From assembly GCF_009914755.1 (NCBI RefSeq), contig NC_060926.1: 64,000 nt of DNA. One strand, given 5' to 3'. The position numbers and the translations under genes are program-made. Origin of the DNA: the human T2T-CHM13v2.0 reference genome, Homo sapiens. Position 1 is the stretch's first letter, and the number at the start of each line of letters is the position of its first letter. Positions 55,700 to 64,000 of the stretch are shown here, piece after piece. The notes beneath the pieces were generated by a model. That model was given only the letters and a program-made list of their open reading frames with translations. It was not told where the DNA came from and did not search any database.

Positions 55700-55764
55700 T
55701 AACAACAGTGTCCTAGACATTGTTCTGGGTACTGAGAAAACAGCAATAAGAAAGACAGATAGAA

Positions 55765-56095
<331 letters not shown>

Positions 56096-56149
56096 TTAAA
56101 TTCTACTGAGGGGAAACAAACAAAAACCAAAGAAACAAACAAACAAAAA

Positions 56150-57500
56150 AGTAAATGATGTAGTGAATTAGAGGTGATTTTTTCTGTTGAGTAAAACAAA
56201 GCAGGGAACAGGTAACGCAAAGCATACCAAAGAAGATGTCATTTTATACGAGATGGTGAGGGAAGATCTTGTAGAAAAGCTGACATTTAAGCAAAGACTT
56301 AAAAGGAAGTGAGAAACCCCATGATGCATATATCCAAAGAACAATCTGTACAGGCAGAAGAAATAGCAATTGCAGGAGGAGCCTTTTGATGGGAGCATAT
56401 CTGACATTTTCAAGGAACAGCAAAGAAGTCAGTAAGGGATGGAGGAGGAGAATGGTGGGAGATGAGGTCAGAAGGAGGAAGGGGATGCAGAAAATCAGAT
56501 CATAAAGGGCTTTGTAGGAAACTATAAGGACTTAGATTTTTGTTTTCAGTGAAATGAGGACACATTACAGAGTTCTGAGCAGAGAATAACATGACTGGCT
56601 TCTATTTTAAAAGAATCACTGTGGTTGCCGTATGGAGAATAGGCTGTAGAGAGAAAAAGACAGGAGTAGAGACCAGTTAGACTATTTCCATAATTAATAA
56701 AGGTAGAACATGATAATGTATCTGATGAGGGTGGTATGCCAGAAAATGGCGAACAGTGCTCATCTTCTGGAAATAGACTGAAAACAGTGCTACAGAATTT
56801 ACTAGTAGATTGGTGGTAGTATATGAAAGAAAGATCAAGATTTTCTTACTTAAGGAACTGGAAAAGAGTTGGATTAATAGATAGGAAAGACATGGATGGA
56901 TGAAGTTTGAGTCAGAGAATCAAACATTCAATTGTGGACATATTATGTGTCAGATATATATTGACACCATTAGATGTCAAACAAGCAACTGAAGAGCTAT
57001 AGGGCTGAAGATACATATTTGAGAGTCACTGGCATATAGATGGCATTTAAGCCTTTCAGAGTAAATGCGGTCGCCAAGGTAGCAGGTCTAGATAGAAAAG
57101 GAGAACTCCAAGAAACGCAACCAAGGGCATTCCAATGCTAAATGGCAAAGGGAGATGAAGGCTAACCACCAGCGCAAAAGGAGGAAATCCAGTCGGTGTG
57201 GCATTCTGGAAGCCAAAGGAGGAAAATTTTTCAAAGAGGAAGAGTGATCAACACACTGTCAAACACCACTAATGGGGTCAAATAAGATGAGCACTGGCCT
57301 GGCCACTGAATTTTATAACATGGAAGCCATTGGTGACCTTGAAAATGCAATTTTACTGAACTGAGAGCAAGAGATTATTGGAATAAGTTAGAGAAAACAG
57401 AGGGAGATTAATATGAGACACAGGGACAGACAAGTCTTTTGAGGAGCTTTGCTGAGAAATGGGGTAGTAGCTAGAGGCAGAGGTACAGTCAAGAGCAGCT
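56150..57500 (-). mobile_element. Long L2 fragment
   Basis: GGAACAGCAAAGAAGTCAGT, GGAGATGAGGTCAGA, GATGGCATTTAAGCC, GGGGTCAAATAAGATGAG resemble antisense L2 motifs. Confidence 0.7.
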
Positions 57501-58488
57501 TTTCTTGGGAAGGGAGCAACAATCTGTGTGTTGATGGGAGTAATTTTCGAGTGAGAGGGAAGGCCATCTCCTGTTTACAGTCTTGTTTTCATGACACACA
57601 TCATTCTGTGACGTTATATCTTTTGGTTTTCTCTACTAGGGCAGAGACTTTATCTTGTTCACTGCTTATCTCCACAATGCCCAGAAATGTTACCTGACAT
57701 AAGGCAGACACTCGCTACACATTTGATAAATGAATACATATATGTTGATAACATACTAAAACATTCCCATTGTTGAACATAAATACAGTGAGGCTTGAGA
57801 ACTCACTTAAAGGAACTTAAGTACCAAAAATATTGTAAGTATATTAGATACAACCTCACTTGGAATACAGTTCACAGCATGAACCCCAACAATATTAAAC
57901 ACAATTCTAGTATAACTATCATAATAGAGTTAACACTAGTAAATATTACAAAGTACCAACCAATACCCTGCAAAGAGACATATATTTTACAAACTAAATT
58001 ACAAGTATTTATGTGGTTGCCCTGAAGCTATGAGCAAGGAGGAATTCACAAGGCAGAATTCCATGCAGGGACTTCAGGCACAGGGCAATAATCCTCAATT
58101 TTATTGTCAATATTTTTTATTCAAAATATATGAAAATTAAAAAAAAAGCATATAACATCTGAATCTCAACATTTTAAATTATAAGCTTATACTCAGTAAT
58201 ACAAATCAGAATAAAATTATCTTTATAGTGAAAGAAAAACTTGAAGCAAAAGATTTTTTAAATAATAAAGTTTTAAAATAATGGTATACAGCCGACAGTT
58301 GATAATATCAGTTGACTTTTCATTGTCAAAACTAAAACTGACTTCACTAAGTGCACTTAATACAAATAAAGCCAGTATTCAGCAATGTAAACATATACAC
58401 ACAATACATACCTTTGTTTCTGAAATTAAATGGTTTTGTGAATGCTAAAGCTTATTATCTATCATAGACAATAAGAGACAAAAGTCAC

Positions 58489-58633
58489 CTGTCACAGAAA
58501 CAATATTAAGTAATCTTCTCATGGTCTGGGGACTGATGTCACTGAACCAGTCCTCGGTAACCAGCAGTTTTGTAAGATCAAAGGACATCTGGCGAGTGAT
58601 GGTCCTCTGCATCTGCCTTCTTCGGTAAGTGTC
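58489..58633 (-). CDS. KIDINS220: KIDINS220 coding exon (~exon 21)
   Basis: ttcag|GACACT...GTGACAG|gtgact; 145 nt; [48 protein letters not shown]. Confidence 0.95.
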
Positions 58634-59044
58634 CTGAAACAGCACGTCGTCAGTGAGAAGGAACCCACGCGTCCAGTCTAAGAACTTAAGGCTTTTTGAG
58701 ATGTTAATAAATGTTTATAACAAAAAAAAAATCCAAAGTTTTAGTCAAAGAGGAATATCATACAGTAATAAATTATTATCTGTGAGGTAGAATCTTCGTA
58801 AAGCAATTGTAAAGTCATATTCACAGCAACTGCATGAAATGCTATGGTTTAGCTTCAGATGCATTTTAAGTTACAGTGGTACAGTTAGAGGAAGCTCAAT
58901 GCTTTTAAGATTATAAGTAGGCAGAATTGTGTAAAGAGAATGATATTCAAACTCCATGGGGTCTGGCTATTTATAGAAACCCTTAAGTAATAAAGCAAAT
59001 AAGCCCTTGTCTGGTTTTAAGGATTCAGCATTTTGATTTTTAGG

Positions 59045-59340
59045 TTATTATTATTGTTAGACAGGGTCTCTCTCTGCCACCCAGGCTGGAGTACAGTAAG
59101 GCAATCATAGCTCGCTGCAACCTGGATGTTCTGGGCTTGGGCAATCCTCCCACCTCAGCCTTCTGAGTAGCTGGGACTACAGGCATGCACCACCACATCC
59201 AGCTAATGTGTTTATTTCTATTTTATGTAGAGGGTGTCACTATGTTGCCCAGGCTGGTCTTGAACTCCTGGTCTCAAGTGATCCTTCCACTTAATCCTCC
59301 CAAAGTGCTAGGATTACAAGCATGAGCACTGCACCTGGCC
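59045..59340 (-). mobile_element. Alu (AluJ-like)
   Basis: Reverse-complement Alu dimer. Confidence 0.88.
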
Positions 59341-60379
59341 TGATGTTTAGGTTATTTTAAAGTATGTGAAAACTAAGGGACAGCCTCTCTAACTATCCTC
59401 ACATCGCCACATGAACAAAAGGCACTCTTCAGGGTGGGTGGGCTAAAGGAATTCCATCTCATAAAAGGGGGAACAGGTACAACCAAGGTGTGCTCTTGTC
59501 TAAGGTCCCGATGCAAGGGAAGGATGGATGCAACCATGGGGCACCCAAGGGTGCCAGGCAAGAAATTAAAAATGGTAAGTTATATGCACCTCTGAATTTA
59601 GTGCTGTCAACTGTCATTCATCATATTAACTTTGCATCCATATCTGTAAAGGGTAGAGGCATAAAATCAAAATGTCACTGAAGACATTTTTTTAAAAAGT
59701 AAGACATCCAAACTTAATGGTAGCAAACCAGAAAAAAACATAATGCCAATACTAGCCCAACTTCACTGAGTGTGAGTGGCACTGTCACAACTGCCCTGCA
59801 AGTGAATATCTTCCTGTCATATGCATACAGACATATACACAGCACATGCCCTTGTTCCATACAAATAAGATGGGGAGGTCAGGGACAACCAATGTTTTGG
59901 AGAAACCCCCAGTGGCTGGGAAGGACACAAATTACTATGTGGTAGAGAAAAAAGAGTGAGCGTCCCACAAGCATTTAGGGAAGGCTGGCCAACAGGAAGA
60001 CAAAGCCAGGAGTTTTCTCACACTACAAACCTTTCTCCCCTACTGCTATGGTGGCAACAGGCATAGCTCAACCTGACCAGGAATGAATAGAGTGGTTCTC
60101 AACCCTGGATGAAATCATTTGGCAAGCTTTAAGATCCCAGGGATCAGGAGCAGCACCTGGGCTGAGAACAGGTTGGGACCCCTATACGAAGTACAGTTGT
60201 TAGGGTTCTAGGTGCAGACATTCCCTGAAACACATGAAGCTGAAAGGAAATTCAATGATAATGTTTATTTGAAGCGTTTAATGCAATATTTACAAAGTAT
60301 TATTTAAGTGGCATCATCTTTATTTGTATTAAATTGAATAGCAATACAAACATACAGCTCGAAGCCAATGGCATCTTAC

Positions 60380-60468
60380 CCGTCTATTGAGGGCTGTCTT
60401 GCTACCAAGTTTTGTCATCTCCCCAAGGCTGTTCTGTGAAACTCTTCTGTCAGCATCTTCCTGTATCC
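60380..60468 (-). CDS. KIDINS220: KIDINS220 coding exon (~exon 20)
   Basis: ttaag|GGATAC...AGACGG|gtaaga; 89 nt; (G)IQEDADRRVSQNSLGEMTKLGSKTALNRR; phases match both neighbours. Confidence 0.93.
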
Positions 60469-60636
60469 CTTAAATAATTTATCAAGACAGCATCACTTAC
60501 ACCAAAATTCTGTTGTATATGATATTTAAAGAAATGTGAAACAACAACAATATTTTTCAAGGTAAAAAGGAGAGTCGCCATAAAGAAACTACAAAACTAT
60601 TTCAAACTCAAAGTACTTTAGGAGCCTGAGCTTTAC

Positions 60637-60880
60637 CTGTAGTATCTGAGCATGGAACGTCTCCATTTGTTGCTGAAGTTACGAGAAATTTTCTTGCATT
60701 GCTTAGTCCACGACTATTAAGGAACACAGGCAAGTGGACTATGTTGCGCATGTAGTCATGGCCATTTATATTTGAATCCCGAAGCACACTATTGAGGTTC
60801 TGGTTAATTGCCTTTATGATAATATGTGGATCACTTGCAAAAATGGCAATGAACGGGCCTTTTGAAAACAGAACTCGGAC
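60637..60880 (-). CDS. KIDINS220: KIDINS220 coding exon (~exon 19)
   Basis: cacag|GTCCGA...ACTACAG|gtaaag; 244 nt; [81 protein letters not shown]. Confidence 0.95.
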
Positions 60881-61414
60881 CTGTGGCAGAAGAAATGTAC
60901 AGTTGTGACATACATTTTAAATTGTCCAAAAGAATAAGGCATCTCTTCAAAATATGTGCTACCTTTTGGTGACAATATTTCTAAACTACTATTTCTTTTC
61001 ATCAAAACTTACTCTGCACAAAAGCAAATTTTACTGACAGCTCAATCTAGGTTTGTTGTCATCTGACATAGATAAAACCTGCAAAGAAAATTAATATTGT
61101 CCTTCTTTCAGACATTTACAGTCTGCTAAAGAGGTAAATCAATGCACATGAGAAACATTCATGAATACAGATGCTCTATTCATTTTTCTCACAGTGCCAC
61201 TAAGCTAAAATTATTTAAATATCTTTGTGACTAAACATTTATTCTTGCTACATTTCTGTATAAAGAATGGTTGTTTTTACAAAAGAAAAATCACAAAATA
61301 GGAACTACTCAAACAAAAACCAATTCCGTTCTATTTTTAGATATTTGTGAAGTCAAACATTCTCTCAAGTGCCACAACATAACAATGGTGGCTTTTGAGG
61401 TGGCGCAAACGTAC

Positions 61415-61555
61415 AGTGTCCAGCATCTGAAGGACTTTGTCCTGCTCACAGGCATCTAATCCATCGATGATGACCACCAGCCTTGTCTGATTCTGAGTGA
61501 AGCTGTCAATGGTTTTTGCCATCCTGGCCATCAATTCCACTTCACATTTAAGAAC
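61415..61555 (-). CDS. KIDINS220: KIDINS220 coding exon (~exon 18), KAP P-loop NTPase Walker B region
   Basis: tacag|GTTCTT...GACACT|gtacgt; 141 nt, phase 0-0; [47 protein letters not shown] contains hhhhDxLD. Confidence 0.95.
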
Positions 61556-62248
61556 CTGTATTGCAAAGGAAGGTATAGAAAGCACTGAAGGAAGATCCAA
61601 GAAGCTTAAACATATTTCTTAGAAAGCGTGATAGAAAGTCATCTAATAGGAACAGAAGACATTCAAAGTCCTTGCTGCCAGTTGTGCTTCCACTTAAAAT
61701 AAGAGCGAGTGCTTCACAATTTACCAAGTGACTACACATAAATTACAGCAGCTGATCCTCAGAATGACACTGTGGGATAGACACTACCATATCTGTTCTA
61801 AAAAGAACAAACTGGGTTGAGTGACTAACTTGCCAAGATTAGAGGCTCTGAATGTGAAAAGATTCAGATCTGGATGCAAATCCAAATGATCAAAGCACTA
61901 CACTGCTGCTGGCTCCCTGATGGCATCTGACCTTTCACTTTGAAAAAGAAAATCCTGTATTATTTATTTTGGTGGTTCAATTTGCTATTTTTAAAAACAG
62001 ATATCTTTACTGGGCTCTAGAGGAACTTAATATTATTAGACAGTAGTTGCTAACTCTTTTGAATAACTTATAAAAGTCTATTTTATAAAAACATGCTACT
62101 GTTATGATGTTTCTCACTCCAAATATGTATTTCCACTGGAAAAATCTGGAATAGAACTCAAAATAAATAAAAGGACTGCTGGTTTCTGGTTCTACATATA
62201 TGTAAACACTTTGGAAGTGGCCACTCCTTGATTACGTAAGCTTATATA

Positions 62249-62307
62249 TGTGTGTGTGTGTCTGTGTGTGTGTGTGTGTGTGTGGTGGGGGGTGTGTGTG
62301 TGTGTGT
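62249..62307 (+). repeat. Interrupted (TG)n microsatellite
   Basis: TG runs split by TC and a G run. Confidence 0.9.
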
Positions 62308-62319
62308 ATAATGTACATA

Positions 62320-64000
<1,681 letters not shown>

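Overview
Primate (very probably human) genomic DNA containing the 3' ~60% of KIDINS220/ARMS on the minus strand. I delimited 13 canonical coding exons by GT-AG boundaries (61555 down to the stop at 12466). They splice into one open frame of 1028 aa, covering the KAP-family P-loop NTPase Walker B region, proline-rich region, SAM domain, kinesin-interacting region and the C-terminal PDZ ligand ERESIL. A ~1.86 kb 3'UTR follows. Exon numbers below assume the 30-exon, 1771-aa reference model (recalled, not checked). Beyond that model, the sequence shows a hidden splicing layer: an alternative terminal exon (7201-7413) with its own AATAAA, an internal donor 81 nt into the last exon, a back-to-back acceptor/donor site (TTTTCTTTTTCAG|GTGAGT) in the 3'UTR just upstream of the poly(A) signals, an intact 33-nt in-frame microexon with RBFOX motifs, and a second microexon-like element with an in-frame stop bracketed by inverted Alus. 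The introns also hold an ARL1 processed pseudogene nested with L1/MLT1/Alu, a 35-bp near-perfect inverted repeat around an AT-rich spacer, and the usual Alu, L1, L2, MIR, LTR and DNA-transposon fossils. No prokaryotic-type systems, tRNA, rRNA or CRISPR arrays were seen. Repeat boundaries and subfamilies are by-eye estimates.
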